64,000 nucleotides of DNA from the human T2T-CHM13v2.0 reference genome, Homo sapiens. Numbering within the stretch: position 1 is the stretch's first letter; every line of letters starts with the position of its first letter. The notes under the pieces are model-generated. The model ran no database searches, was not told the DNA's origin, and was given only the letters and a program-made list of their open reading frames with translations. This document shows positions 1 through 13,939 of the stretch, piece after piece. The translations under genes and the position numbers were made by a program. The DNA is taken from the NCBI RefSeq assembly GCF_009914755.1, contig NC_060939.1. One strand, written 5' to 3'.

Positions 1-255
1 AGGGAACAGTCTTAAACCATTGATGTTCCCTATATCTGCAGTTGAAGATGTATCCTGGTTGGAATGAAGTCCAACCACAGTGATACCGTTCCACAGAGCA
101 ATGTAATCACCCACAGATCCCAGAGCAAAGTGGGAGGAAGGGCGAGAAGGGAAGAGGCACAGCTTATCACATCAGCAGTAGTCCAACCAAGGGCCTTACA
201 TCAAAACCTGTTCACTCTCAGGTGCAGAATCTTGGTCACGCCAAGGTATTGCTAT

Positions 256-723
256 TGTAAATCAAAAAGTGGCTGAAGCAGATCTCAATTTGAAGGTTAT
301 TTTGCCTAGGTTGAGGATGCACCCAGGAAAAAGAAACACAAGTTACAGTAGGATCTGTAACCTGTATTTTTTCCAAAAAGGGTTTTAGGAATTTCAATAT
401 TTAAAGGCAAAAGAGCAAGCAGGAGGGAAGGAGAGGGGAAAAAAAAGGGAGGGTAAGGAATGGGGCAAGTGTTTACATCCTTGTAAGGTTTTGATTAGCA
501 CTCAGTGAAAAGAAAGGAATGGGGGAAACAGTCAATTATACATTCACCTCAAGCTCAGTAATTCTACATTTTACATAAGATAAAGTAAGCATGTGAAATT
601 ACAGCTATCCATTTGGGAATAAAAGGAAGGTAGTTTTTTGTGTGACTCCAAAAAAGTTTCCAACCTTAACTTTTCCTTTGATATAGTGAGTTTGGGATCC
701 CGAGATTTTGTTTTTCTTTCACA
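256..723 (-). mobile_element. MER4-family ERV1 LTR (3' LTR of a deleted provirus)
   Basis: TG...CA termini; minus strand starts TGTGAAAGAAAAACAAAATCTCGGGATCCCAAACTCACTA, resembling the MER4A/B start; purine tract (PPT-like) on the minus strand at 724-736. Confidence 0.8.
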
Positions 724-1079
724 TTTCCCGTTCTCCGAAATCTTTAGGAGAAAGCATTGTAGAAGAAAATGAGTCTGCGGTCACAGGTTCAGTCATATTC
801 CTCAGATCTAGAATGGTTTAATTTACTCCTAGAAGGTGAGGTCTCATATGGCTAGGAGGGCTTACTCCTAAGAGGACATGAAGTCTCCTGTCCCACACAG
901 CAAAACAGAAGGAGGAAGAAAGAAAGAAAAAAGGGCAGGGAAAAAAGGAGGACAAAAAGGCCAGATTATAACAACAAAGGGAAAGCAATCCTGAAAACAT
1001 GATTCAGGCTATATTACCAAAAAGGCCAAGAAGTCCATACATCTGTAGGCAGACAGGAAGGTGATATAAATAAATAAAT

Positions 1080-1200
1080 GCACACACACATACATAGGTT
1101 ACATGTATGTGTATGTGTATACATACAGTGTATGTGTATATGTGTGTGTGTATATATGTATATGTATGTGTGTGTGTTTGTGTGTGTGTGTATACATATA
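1080..1200. repeat. compound (CA)/(TG)/(TA) microsatellite
   Basis: cacacacaca...tgtgtgtgtg tatatatgta...tgtgtgtgtg. Confidence 0.9.
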
Positions 1201-1771
1201 GCTGTTATTTCTCCCAAAGTCTAAGTTGCCTAGCTTTAGTGTGTAGGGCTTTAAGAAAAGCACAGTCATAATTTCTAGTGATTCCAAGTAGTTAGAAAAA
1301 TGGGAGAAAAAAATAATTTGAAAATGTTAGCTTGGAGACTTGTAGTCAGGAAAGAATGCAAGGTACAGTCCAGATAAATTGTAGGCAAATAATAAAAACT
1401 GAAAAACAGACAAGGCTAGAATCTAATAACAGGTTTACTATAGTTTCTTTTGAAACATGATTTTTCTCTCTCCAGTTCCCCATTTTTACCAAAGATAAAT
1501 TATAGTAGGACCAGTTTATTTGCAAAATAAGTTTTAGTCTTATTATACTTAGCCTGATCATTTGCATCAAGTGCAGCCAGAATAATTATTGATCAATAGG
1601 CTCTTTTTGAATTGGCTTTGCTGGAGCTTTTTCATAAGGAATCTCAGATTAGATTTTTAAAGGCCTCTCAAGCCCAGCTGAGAATTTATCTGTATCTGTA
1701 TGAATTGGGTAAATTCCTCTCTTCTCAAGATCCCAAAATAACTTGAGTTTCCCGGGCCTGTCAGAAAGTGA

Positions 1772-1884
1772 GGCAGGGAGAATCGCTTGAACCCAGGAAG
1801 TGGAGCTTGCAGTGAACTGAGATTGCGCCATTGCACTCCAGCCTGGGTGACAGAGCAAGACTCTGTCTCAAAAAAAAAAAAAAA
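1772..1884 (+). mobile_element. 5'-truncated Alu (end of right arm plus poly-A)
   Basis: Alu 3' sequence and A tail; TSD AGAAAGTGA at 1763-1771 and 1885-1893. Confidence 0.9.
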
Positions 1885-3819
1885 AGAAAGTGACATTCTT
1901 TACTTATCACAGGTCAGGAACCCTGTGAAGGAACTACATAGACAAAATATGAGGCCAGTAGTTCTGAGGGGCTTTTATCAGCTCCATAAAGTCAATTTTA
2001 ATTCCTCAAAGCAGTCTGTTCGTATCTGAAAATATGCCATTCAAGTCAAAGTCTTGGTAAAATAACCAGTGTCTCCAATTGTGTCCTATTACAAAGAAAA
2101 GGCTCTCATTGAACTTATGCAAATAAATATATTGCCAAAAATTAAGAATACTCACAAATAGTTTCCAAATTCTGGAGAAATCAGGTAGAGAAAAAGAACA
2201 TGATTCAAATTTTGCTCACAAGAGTATACTTTACTCAATTGTTAAAAAGTAAATGACTCAAAAGAAAAAAAAAGCTTTATTGACTCTGAGAAACAAAATG
2301 AAAAGAATCAACCATGTTTCAGACAAAGAAAACAGGTCATAAAAATTATTTCAGTCCTCTATTAGTTTAGTCACATGCAATTAACTCATTCCATTTTATA
2401 TTGAGGTTAGTAAACCTCACGAACACATTAGTTCTTCAGTGAGAGTTCTGTAAACATTTTGTTTTCCTCAAGTTCAATGGCACACTCACCAAGGTTATAA
2501 GAAACCCGCATTTAAGAGCACCCAACAGAATCCTTTCTGTGGACTTCCCTAAAGAAGCAAGTCTTGGACAATAGTTGATTATACCACTTTTTGAGAAGGA
2601 TCAAAGTAAAACAATTGTGGATGATAAAACTCTTAGGATGGCCATGATCAAAGACACAATTGACAAGGAAATTAGGAAATTTCTATGGCATACAATAATT
2701 TAGCATAATAATCATAATTATTATTGATGACATACACTAAGACATATCAGAATTATAGAAATCCCATATAATTTCAGAATACATATTAACAATACATTTA
2801 CATAAATAAAATTCAAAGAAAGTTAAATTAAACACCATATAATATTTGTCAATGCTTCCTGTATGATTTTAACATATCAAGTAAGCCGATATATCTGTTT
2901 CGGACTTCAGGGGACCTAATATCTAAAAAGAAGTTAATGAAGTCAAAAAGGCTAAATTTAGAACTTGAAATTTTGATTTTGGAAAATTTGTCAAATATCA
3001 AAGGTTTAAAACACTTGATATGCAAAATAGAATCACAGGTCACTGTAAAATAAGTCATTCATTTAGCCAAAATGATAATTCAAAAGATTTTTAAAGCAAA
3101 ATCTTTTTACTTTTTGGCAGAGAGGAGACTCAGTGTCCTAAACAATAAGATCCAGTAAAGACAGCTGAGTGAATCTGACTCCTCTCCAAGTTTTTTTGCA
3201 GCTTACTCAAAAGGTAAACAAAAATCTTTTACTATGTCTTAAAATTACATGAAAATCTTGTTCAAAAGAGAAAACCAGATTTTACCTTTGCATAGTGTAT
3301 TATTAATGCTAAAGCTATTTTTTAAATGAAATCTTATAAACAAATCCATCAATCTCAGTTTGACTATAAGATTTCTATAAAGCTTTTATAACATTTTATC
3401 ATCTGTTTCTATTTTCTTTTTTTCAACTTTCTACATCCAATCACTTTTATCCATCATTTCTTTATTCCTTCAATTTAAAAAAATACTTAAAAACCTCTGG
3501 TCTAGACAAAATTACTTTCCCTTTAACAAAAATTACATTTTCATGTATTTTTATAATACTTTTACTAAAAGCACATCCTACTTTTCTTCTATATTTTGTG
3601 TACAGAATTATTTCTCTTACGTCTAGTGCTTTAAAAATATATATTGATTTCAGTGTTAACTATTAGTAACTCTCATTTTTAGTGAAAAGCCTACAAAGTA
3701 AGAAATTTTAATCTTATATCAGTTGTAGGGCCCAGTATAAAGGACACTGCCTGAAGCTAGGTTTCATCATGGCCCCTAAAGTTTCAAATCTCAAGACCCT
3801 AAGTTTGTGGACAGCTTAA

Positions 3820-4211
3820 GGATCTGTGACTTGTGCTTTTTCCAAAGACGGTTTGGGGAACTTCAATATTTGAAGGGGAAAGGGCAGAGAGGAGGGGAAG
3901 AGGGAAATAAAAAAGGAGGGAAGGTAGGCAGTGAGGCAAGTGGTTACATTCTCCTGAGGCTTTAATTAGTGCTCAGTGAATCTGCATTTCACGTATGAGA
4001 AGAGGGGAGTGGGGGAAAAGTCAATTATGCATTCATCTCACACTCAAGTAAATCTGCATTCCACATAAGATAATGTAAGCATGTGAAATTATAGCTATCT
4101 GTCTGGAAACAAAAGGAAGGTAGTTTTTTGTGTAATTGGACTCAGTTCCCAAGCTTAACTTTCCCTTTGGCTTAGTGATTTTGGGTTCCAAGATTTTAGG
4201 TTTCTTTCACG
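3820..4211 (-). mobile_element. MER4-family LTR (5' LTR, 3' end deleted)
   Basis: Collinear with 351-723 (ggatctgt...tttctttcac) but lacks the equivalent of 256-350. Confidence 0.8.
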
Positions 4212-4951
4212 TCATCACCAAACCTATGACCACATTGGCCCTTCTGTCCAGCAGAATGTTGGCTACATACTTCAGTAGCCAAGACCTAAATTTACTGCAC
4301 ATCTGCTTGAGCCAATAAACCGCAAAAAAGAAGCCTGCCACCAGCCCTCACAGTCCAGTGGGTGTTGGGATCTTCCGTGATTCTGGGCCCACATCATGCA
4401 TAGTAGGAAGGTGTCAACTGCTTCCAGGAGAGGGGTTTGCCGGCAGAGCTGGCCCAGGGGAAATCACTGGCTGAAAGACAGTTGTAAATTAACCAGCCCT
4501 ACTCAAATTGCTGAAAGGGGTGACATTCTTTTCTCAGAAGCAAGACTGTCTAAAGGAAGCTCCCCCTACAGTGCCCCTACCAGGACCTTGTAAGGATTCC
4601 CAAGAGGATGATACCCTTATTCTACCAGGATAGAACAGGTGAATACACTGGGGACTTTGCAAAACACCCGTTCCCCGCAGCCCCTCTCTGGACATGCCTG
4701 GTATTAATTGCTACTGCTGCTTGCTGTCCTTATTATTTTTCTACCTATGCTAACCTTTGTGTGGACCATGGGAGAGAAGCTGACACCAGGGTTTGCAGAG
4801 TGGTAGCTGTCTATTTGCTGTGACTTTATTCAATTGTCCAGCAAACACCAATGTCTTAGGCTGTGGCAGCCTCCATGCCTGGAAGGCTCCCTGACTCTTA
4901 ACTTATCGGGCTGATTTGTGAATTTCACAATTCAAAAACAGCCTTTGTTAC

Positions 4952-5579
4952 TGTGGGGGCTAAGGGAAAATTTTCCCTTCGCCTTCTGAAGGTCCACTGA
5001 AAATCACTGACAAGAGGCAGATTAATAGTAGAAAACGAACAGAAATTTATTTGATCAGAGTTTTACATGACATGGGGGCCTTCAGAATGAAGACCCAAAG
5101 ATGGAGGGGAAATTGTTATTATGCTTAGGTTCAATAAATTATGAACAGTGTAGAAATATGATTGGACAAAAAGGCTATAATCTCATGCTAATAGACTAAG
5201 TGGGGGAACCCAGCAAGGCCTGTCTGTCTGGATTCTTCTTAGCCCCTCTGAGCATGCATTCCTTCCTTCTGGGTATGGGCAGAACCCTCTCTGGAGTGAG
5301 GGTCTTATGACCTACAGCCAAACAAGCTAGGTCAGATAACTTCTTTGTGCCCGGTTTTTACACAGAAAGGTGGGGAGAGATAGAGTAATATTTTTAGTTT
5401 TCCTGTCTGCCTTTGGGGAAAAGGGGTTCTGGTTTCTATGACCCACCTTGGGAAAGAGACTAATTTCCATGGGTAGCCTTTGGGGGAAATGGGACTGAGA
5501 GGCAAGAAGACAGGAGGTCATAGAAAAACTTCTGCTTCTGAGGATTTCATTTTTGGATATTATTTTCTGAGCCCCAACA
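4952..5579 (-). mobile_element. ERV1 solo LTR, MER39-like
   Basis: Minus strand starts TGTTGGGGCTCAGAAAATAATATCCAAAAATGAAATCCTCAGAAGCAG; homologous to 22440-23063. Confidence 0.7.
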
Positions 5580-6174
5580 TTGCAATGTCAATATTCTATC
5601 TCTGGAAGATAAGGAACAGGAGGTCTCTATTGATCACTTACACCCCAGTTAAGTTATCTGCTCTTTTTCAGAGTCAGCTTTTCTTTGGGGGTGAGGAAAG
5701 GGAACAAAAAGAAAACTGTTCCTAACTTTTCAAGGAATAATTCAAGTGTGTCCTTGGCAGAGGTTAGCTTTCTCCTGGAATGAAAACAGCACGTTAAATT
5801 TTCATAGGTTGTTTTTATTGTCAAAGCACAATTTTTTGTGTTGTCTTCAGAATATTCTTATAAGTTAACCACGGACAGCAATGATCACACCCTTACTCAA
5901 CAATCTAAAAAACAAAAACTATGAAGGGTCACGTTTAAGAGAATCTGATGTTTTTTACTTTGATTTTTAGCTGAAAAGCATAGGAGAATTTTAAGTTTAT
6001 AAATAGTTGTGGTACTGTTAAGCAAACTTGATTTACTATAATTACATGTTTAGTGGATACAAGAGTAATTTAAATGCTTAAGAGGGTTTTGCTTATTACT
6101 ATTGTAAGTTTACCCTGCCAGGCATGTGAATGTTTAAAAAGCAAACACATTAATTTACAAATGTTGATGAAGAT

Positions 6175-6551
6175 GTTTAAGGGAGCTGAATTGTGTCCCT
6201 TCTCCAAAAATTCGTATGTTGGAGTCCTAACCCCCAGTACCTTAGAATGTGACTGGATTTGGATATAGGGTCTTTAAAGAGGTAAAATGGGGTTATTAGG
6301 GTGGGACATCATCCAATATGACTGGGGTCCTTACAAGAAGAGAAGAGGAGGACACACACATACACAGAAAACCTTGTAAAGACAGAAAGAAGGTGGCCAT
6401 CTACAAGCCATGGAGAGGGACCTCCAAAGAAACCAGCCCTGCCAACCCATTGCCCTCAGACTTTAAGCCTCCAGAATTACAAGCAAATGTCTGTTGTTCA
6501 AGCTATCTAGTCTGCGGTACTCTGTTACAGCAGCCCCAACAAATTGATACA
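6175..6551 (+). mobile_element. MaLR LTR, MLT1B-like
   Basis: gaattgtgtccc...ttcgtatgttggagtcctaacccccagtacc...ctgttacagcagcccc...gataca. Confidence 0.8.
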
Positions 6552-6586
6552 GCCGTAATTAGCTAGACTTGAGATGAGATTATCCT

Positions 6587-7204
6587 TATAGGGGAGGAAA
6601 AATAATTTCCCTCCCCTTTTTCTGAGTTTTTATTGGCATGGACCCTTGTAACAAAAGAGATTAACAAGAGACAAACAGAAGTTTATTAACAGGTCTACTA
6701 TATATATACAAGAAAGATACCCAGGGAAAAGTGAGTAAATCTCCAAGAAGTTGCTTTTAGTTCAGGTCAAATGTCATCTTCAGAAGAAAGGAAGGAAGGA
6801 AGGAAGGAAGGAGGGAGGGAGGGAGGGAGGGAGAGGGGGATGAGAGGGGAAGGAAGGGGGCCAGTTTTGGGGAGGTCAGGAAAAGCACAGTAATAAGAGC
6901 AAGGTTTTTCCTGTGGATTTACTCAGTGCCTTCTCCATTGAGAAAAGTCTCTAGTGATTTGGAGGATTTCTTCTCTTCCTGGTACAGAGCAGGTACCTTA
7001 CAAATGGGGATTTCCTTTAGAAAATACAATTCCCTTACAAAAGGGTAACTTCTACTCTTTGTTTTTAGAGTTACTCTGGTGTCTACAGTTTCTTAGAATA
7101 ATTAGCTCAAAAATAATCCTCATGCTAAAGAGGCATATTTTGGAGTAGCACATTCTGGCCTCCTACAGTCGTATTTTGGAGTGGCATAGTTTTGGTATTC
7201 TACA
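6587..7204 (-). mobile_element. ERV1 solo LTR, MER34-group
   Basis: 4-bp TSD TCCT (6583-6586, 7205-7208); duplicated tattttggagt terminal motif; internal GGAA/GGGA repeat. Confidence 0.75.
6785..6860. repeat. (GGAA)n(GGGA)n purine tract
   Basis: gaaggaaggaaggaaggaaggagggagggagggaggg. Confidence 0.9.
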
Positions 7205-7748
7205 TCCTGGAAGATCTAAGGGGGCCCAGTGAAATCACAAGAGTCCTTATAAATGGAAGAAGGAGGCAAAGGAACAAGAACTAAAAAAATGACAGTGTGA
7301 GAAGGAGTTGGCCTGATAATGCTGGCTTTGAATATGGAGGAAGAGGCCACAAGCCAAGGAATGTAGCCTAGAGACACTGGAAAAGGCATGAAAATGAATT
7401 CTCTCCTACAGCCTCCAAACGAAACACAGCCCTGCTGACACCTTAATTTTAGTCCCAGGAGCCCAATTTGGGACTTCTCACTTCCAGGATTCTAAGAGAA
7501 TAAATTTGTGTTGTTTTAAGCCATTAAGTTTGTGGTCATTTGTCACAGCAACAATAGGAAGCTAATACACTTTCGTACAGGTCATTTTTCTAATACAGTT
7601 CTCAATGCAGCCCTTTAGGACTTCCCTACTTAAAATTGAACCCCTCCCCACTCCCCTTTCCTGCTTTATTTTTCTCTAACACACAATATAGTTAGACTTA
7701 TTTATCATGCTTATTGTCTCTATCCTTTGTTTAAAACATAAACACACA

Positions 7749-8060
<312 letters not shown>

Positions 8061-8385
8061 ACATACATACACAAGGGCAGAAATCATTGCTTCTTTGGAA
8101 TAGTCCTACCACACAGTAGGTGCTCCATAAAAATTCAGTGAATTAATAACTTAACTTGAATATAGTATTAAGACTAATCCTTTATCCACATAACAGCTTC
8201 CCTCCACCAAAAAAATTAGCAATTTTGTGGTTATCTCTTTATATTTTCCTCATATAATTTTAGAATCAAACAGAGCCTGCTCCACCCATAATGAAAGTCA
8301 AGGAGGAAAGTACATTGGAAATGAGGAATAATTAAAACAACTGTATTAGGCAGGGCTCTCCAGTGAAATAGAACCAATAGGAGAT

Positions 8386-8476
8386 TAGATAGATAGATAG
8401 ATGATAGGTAGATAGATAGATAGATAGACAGATAGATAGATAGATAGATAGACAGACAGATAGATAGACAGATAGA
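8386..8476. repeat. (GATA)n/(GACA)n tetranucleotide STR
   Basis: tagatagatagatag...gacagacagatagatagac. Confidence 0.95.
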
Positions 8477-9039
8477 GTCATGCATCGCTTAACTACAGCA
8501 CTGTTTTCTGAGAAATGAGTCATGAAGGCAGCTTTGTCATTGTAGGAATGTAACCAAGTACTCCCATTCGTCTAAGAAAAACAGAATGATTTTTTTCTTT
8601 TCTTTTCTCCTTTCTCCTTTTCCCCTGTTCCTCACTTCCTACTTAGACCTCCCCATCAGCAGACATTCCCTACAGGGCAAGTTCATCTAACTATATGCTT
8701 AGGGGCTCCAGAGTGGAACTCTCTCCCGGCTGAAGATTGCCTCGAGAGCAACACTCAATTTACAAGCCTAAGTATGCCCACTACAAAATTCTCTCCCACC
8801 TGGAGAGTTTCAGACACTTTTAAAACCTAGTTCTGCCCATGAAGGCGCCAGCTCAATGGCCCAGTAGATAAGGCACTGAAGCGAATTATGTGGACCTCCA
8901 TCCAATTGCTTTCTCCCCTGCATGCCATTCATGCCAAGCCCCCTTTTAAAATAATTCCTACTTTCTGCACCTGCTACCCTTAAGACAAGAAGCCTGTACT
9001 TCTTCCCCTAAGCTAGCTTTGAAATATAATATATCACTT

Positions 9040-9284
9040 TTTTTAGAACTAATAAACAAATTTATTAACGTTACAGGATACAAAATCAAGATGCAAAAAT
9101 CAATGGTGATTTTATACACCAACAACAATCTCATTTATATTAGCAACGAAAAGAAACCACTTAGTAATTAACTTAGCGAAAGAGATGAAAAATTTGTACA
9201 TTGAAAATTATAAAAGATCGATGGAGGAAATTTAAAAGACACAAATAAATGGGAAGACATCTCATGTTCATAGATTGGAAGAAT
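9040..9284 (+). mobile_element. L1 ORF2 fragment
   Basis: agaactaataaac...ggatacaaaatcaa...aaataaatgggaagacatctcatgttcatagattggaaga. Confidence 0.8.
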
Positions 9285-9777
9285 TTTTTTTAACTTTTAG
9301 TTTAATTTCAGGGGTACATGCGCAGGTTTGTTATACAGGTAAATTTGTGTCATGGGAGTTTGTTGTACAGATTATTTTATTACCCCAGTATTAAGCCCAG
9401 CATTCACTAGCTATTCTTTCTGATCTTCTCCCTCCTCCCACCCCCACTCTCCAATAAGCCCCAGTGTGTGTTGTTCCCCTCTATGTGTCCATGTGTTCTC
9501 ATCATTTAGCTTCCACTTACAAGTGATAACACATAGTATTTGATTTTTTGTTCCTGCATTAGTTTGCTAAGGATAATGGCCTCTAGCTCTATCCATGTCT
9601 CTGGAAAGGGCATGACCTCACTCCTTTTTTATGGCTATATAGTATTCCATGGTGTATATGTACCACATTTCTTTATTCAGTCTACCACTGATAGGCATTT
9701 AGGCTGATTCCATGTCTTTGCTATTGTGAATAGTGCTGCAATGAACATACATGTGCATGTGTCTTTATAATAGAATA
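9285..9777 (-). mobile_element. L1PA 3' end (older L1PA)
   Basis: Poly-T followed by ggggtacatgcgcaggtttgttat...gtattccatggtgtatatgtaccacatt. Confidence 0.9.
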
Positions 9778-10885
9778 TAAAGCAGTTCCTTTATATCAGA
9801 CCTCACTCTTGTTAATTGGACTCTGCAAGCAGTGAATGACTGGATCTGCATTTCAGTTACAGGAACAACATAAAGTGTACTTACACAAATTTACATGATA
9901 CAGTCAAATATACAACTAGGCTATATGATAGAGCCTATCGGTCCTAGGCTAAAAACCCTGTACTGCATGTTACTGTACTGAATACTGACAGCAGTTGTAA
10001 CACAGTGGTAAGTATTTGTGTATCTAAACATATCTAAACATAGAAAAGCTAAAGTAGTATAATCTTATGGGACCACCATTGTATATGTGATCTATCATTG
10101 ACCTAAATGTCATTATGCAGAGCATGACAGTATACATATATAAAATAAGGAATTGGTTCACAAGATTATGGGGGCTGAGAAGTCCCGAGATCTGTGGTCA
10201 GGCAGCTGGAGACTGAGGAGAGTCAAAGTATAGTTCCAGTTTGAGTCTGAAGGCCTGAGAATCGAGAGAGTAGATGGTGAAAGTTCTAGTCCAAAAACCA
10301 GCAGGCTTGAGACCCAAAAACAGCCAATGTTTTAGTCTGAGCCAAAAGGCAGAAAAGACCAGTGTCCCAGCTCAAGCAGTCAGGCAGAAGGAACTTCCTC
10401 CTACTTGGCCTTTTTTTTCTATTCAGGTCTTCAACTGATTGGATGAGGCCCAGCCCCATTAGAGAGAGCAATCTGTTTTACTCAGTCTGTCTATCAATTT
10501 AAATGTTAGTCCCATCAAAAAACATCCTCTCAGATACACCAGAATAACGTTTAGCCAAAAGTCTAGACACCCAAGGCCCCGTCAGGTTGACACATAAAAT
10601 TAACCATCACAACCACCAATTTGCATCAATAACATTGGACAAAATGGTTTAGGACATCTAACAAGTGAAATAGAGGAGTTGCTCTGCCCCGACCAAGCCT
10701 GAGCCTTGGCTCCACTCCAGCTGGTTCCTGTGCTTGGAGAATAGGAAATCTTTGGAAATATTAGTCAGTTCCCTAGAATATTTAGAAATCCTTGTCCTAT
10801 AATCAGCCATTTCTCCATAAATACTCCATCAGTTCTCACCTGGATTCCAGACTATATCCACACAGACCATGTATGGGTGAATTCA

Positions 10886-11295
<410 letters not shown>

Positions 11296-11479
11296 CTAGG
11301 AACATCAGCTTTTTACTTGTAGCAAAACTATTTACCTGTTTTTGTAGACTAAATTATTCCCTTAACATAGGTAACACAGGCCTGGTCTTGACCCTAGGGA
11401 ATTTGAACATTTTCCTGAATTATTTCTATGTTCTTATTGATATAATCATGGTAACACTTCCTTCTTTTCTTTCTCCTTC

Positions 11480-12310
11480 AGGAATTTATTGAGCACTTAT
11501 TATGGGCTAGTCTTAGTGATTAAAAACACAGTATTTCTGCCCCCAAGCAGCTCAGTCAAATGAAAGGAAGAGATGTAAATAAACAATAATAAAATGTTGT
11601 AAGTGCTGTCACAGAGATACACAGGTTCAGAATAGTGTACCCTTAGTGAGACATGGGCTCAGGAGCTGAACTACTCAGATTCAAATGCGGCTTCCATAAC
11701 CATCTAGACACACAACCTCACATATGTTTAGGCAGCTTGTCTCATTTCCTCAACTGTAATGGAAATAAGGAAAGTGCAGACTTCATAAGGCTCTTGTGAG
11801 AATCAATGAGACGATGCTTGCAAGGTGTCTGGAGAGCTCTCAGCCTATGGAGAGAGCTCAGTAAGTATTCAGGGATCTCCGTTATTATGCAATGGAAGCA
11901 CAAAGAAGGAAATAACTAAAAGCGGCTAACTCCTACCCAGAGGGGTCTGGGAAGGCTTCTCAAGGAGGTGACAAAAGTTGAATCCTCTTCTGGGAAGGAG
12001 GGAGGGGAGAGGCAGTCCAGGGGGAAGGAGTGGATAGCCAAAAATCCTGAGGGTGATGGGGAACCCAGGGAAGTTGGTGAGCAAGAAAATGACACAAACT
12101 GATGTGTGTTTTAGAAGAATTTCTTGAGTAGCCATGTAGAAAACAGATTGGAACAGAAGGAATCTGAAGGCAGAGAGAGGAGAGGAGCTATGATGCTGTC
12201 ACAATTATACAAGGGAGAAGTGAGAGAGGCCTGGATGAAGGCAGGGGGAAGGAGAGTAAGCAATGGCTTCAGAGACAGAATCAGTAAAATTGATGACACC
12301 TGGTGAAGGC
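11480..12310. mobile_element. L2 fragments with an embedded MIR (~11630-11870)
   Basis: atttattgagcacttattatg (L2 end); MIR core ctcatttcctcaactgtaatgg; gggaaggcttctcaaggaggtgac (L2). Confidence 0.6.
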
Positions 12311-13939
12311 AAGGGGCCAACCAAAGCAGAAAGAAAACGTTTGTTCTTAGAACCTGCAGGGCTTCTTTCCCAAGGCTGGCTGGGATCTCACTGAACAGCC
12401 ATCAGCCCCTTAGCTGGTAAAGCTGTAAGATTATACCCTAAGTGGAGGGACCTCTGGAGTTGATGGTCAGATTCACAAGGTCTCTGAAATAGAGTCTTGG
12501 AGCAAGAGGGAAAACAAAGCCTGCCCCAGACTCAGGGGAAGCTGAAGGAAGGGTCTGGGAAAACAAAGACAGCATCTGCATTGTCCAAGACCTGAGGCCC
12601 CTGGGTCTTTCTCTGGACACTTGGTCATGGTTGGTGAGCATTTGTCAGACGTGAATGAAACTCAGTGCCGGGCCCAAAGGAAGAGAGCAACTAGCAAATC
12701 GTAAGAAAAAAAGACATCCTCCATCCCTACTCCTTGGCACTTGCTCTTAATTCCTCAGCAAATTGGATGGCAGGCCAAATAGTCAGGGTATTTGGAGCCA
12801 GGGGCTTTATTTACCATTGTTTCTTCCTAGCCCATCTCATTCCCCTCCCTCTAAGACTCCAGGAGAACTTCCCTAGTAGCTTACAAAGATCCATCACTCA
12901 ATCGCAACATGCACAACAGGCCTGGTTGGGGGTTTTTTGTTTTTGCCTTGTAAGTCTGTGTAACAACAAAACATAAACTATTAAACATTAAACCTTTAGA
13001 TCTATATGTCCCTGTTGTTGTTGTCACGGATGCTGCTGTTTGTAAGTGCCAAATATACAAATCTCCAAACAGCTGAACACTGTGCCTCCAAGTATAACTA
13101 CTCTTCAGAATTTAAATGAGGTTTCCATCTAGAATTTTCTTTTGTTCTTGAGATGCCAAGTCTGAGAGTTCTGAAACCAAGTGAAATAAAGGTATTGAGT
13201 TTTCTGCAAAGACTGTGGCTGTCCAGCCACTGTACAGAATCTGGATGTGGCCGAAGTGGCTGCTCCCATCTGCCTCAGCTGGCCTCCACCACCCAGGAAA
13301 CAGGAGACCCTGGCTGCCCTGGGGAATCAACTGCTCCAATATTTCCTGAGGCAAAACTTAGCAACTGATTTTTACTCAAATGTACCCTGATCAGGCCCTG
13401 CCTTCTGGATTAGCTCCTGAGTCTCCTCCTTCCTATGAATAGTTTTTAAGACAAACAAAAAACCCTAGAGATGTACACAGTTCAAAGGGCAGACAGGAAC
13501 ATCTGATTTCCCCGTCCCAAGCTGAGGTCTGGTGTCCAGTTAGTCCACCTCATCACTGTTTCTCCCTGCTATTTGGTGTTACTATTGAACATGGTCCTCA
13601 GAACTTGGAGAGGAGCATGCACTCCCACAGAGCTAAGACCAGCCAGTGAGGCTGCTTAGGCTTCCAGGTCACAGCTCCCAATGCTCAGCGATTCCAGCCC
13701 CATGCCACACCTATGTGCCAAGGAGCTAGTTACCCTATCCCTCTGTGTCAGAGACTCTCAACTGCTCTCCTCACCTTCCCTTTCTGCCTTTCCATCCTCA
13801 AAGAATCACACTTCTTTTCAATCCCTGAAACTCAAAGGGTTTCATCACAAAGGGCCTCATCACAAAATGCCTCTTTCTTCGAACAATGGAACCATCAGCC
13901 AAACTCTTACAGATGGGTTCTAACAATAGCCTCTAGGGG

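Larger units (their letters stand above)
724..3819 (-). mobile_element. MER4-group ERV internal sequence, degenerate and non-coding
   Basis: AT-rich segment between two same-orientation MER4-type LTRs; no long ORF. Confidence 0.65.
6560..7569 (+). mobile_element. MaLR LTR, MLT1D-like, split by an ERV1 LTR
   Basis: gagatgagattatcct | tcctgg...gggcccagtgaaatcacaagagtccttataa...gctaataca. Confidence 0.75.
8549..9861 (+). mobile_element. ERV1-class solo LTR (MER72-like) containing L1 pieces
   Basis: TGTAACC...GTTACA termini; TSD GGAA at 8545-8548 and 9862-9865. Confidence 0.7.
8476..10130 (+). mobile_element. Tigger3a/MER7-like TcMar DNA transposon, split
   Basis: TIR-like ends gagtcatgc...gcatgacag followed by TA; internal gtgtacttacacaaa...gcatgttactgtactgaatactg. 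Confidence 0.8.
8342..10611 (-). mobile_element. MLT2 (ERVL LTR) hosting nested insertions
   Basis: tgtattaggcagggctctccag...; resumes at ~10133 and ends cacataaaattaaccatcaca; TSD ACAAC/ACCAC. Confidence 0.8.

Noticed and set aside
1014-1287. His/Thr/Tyr-rich ORFs (also the SIYL repeats at 8231-8523)
   Set aside because: Translations of microsatellites
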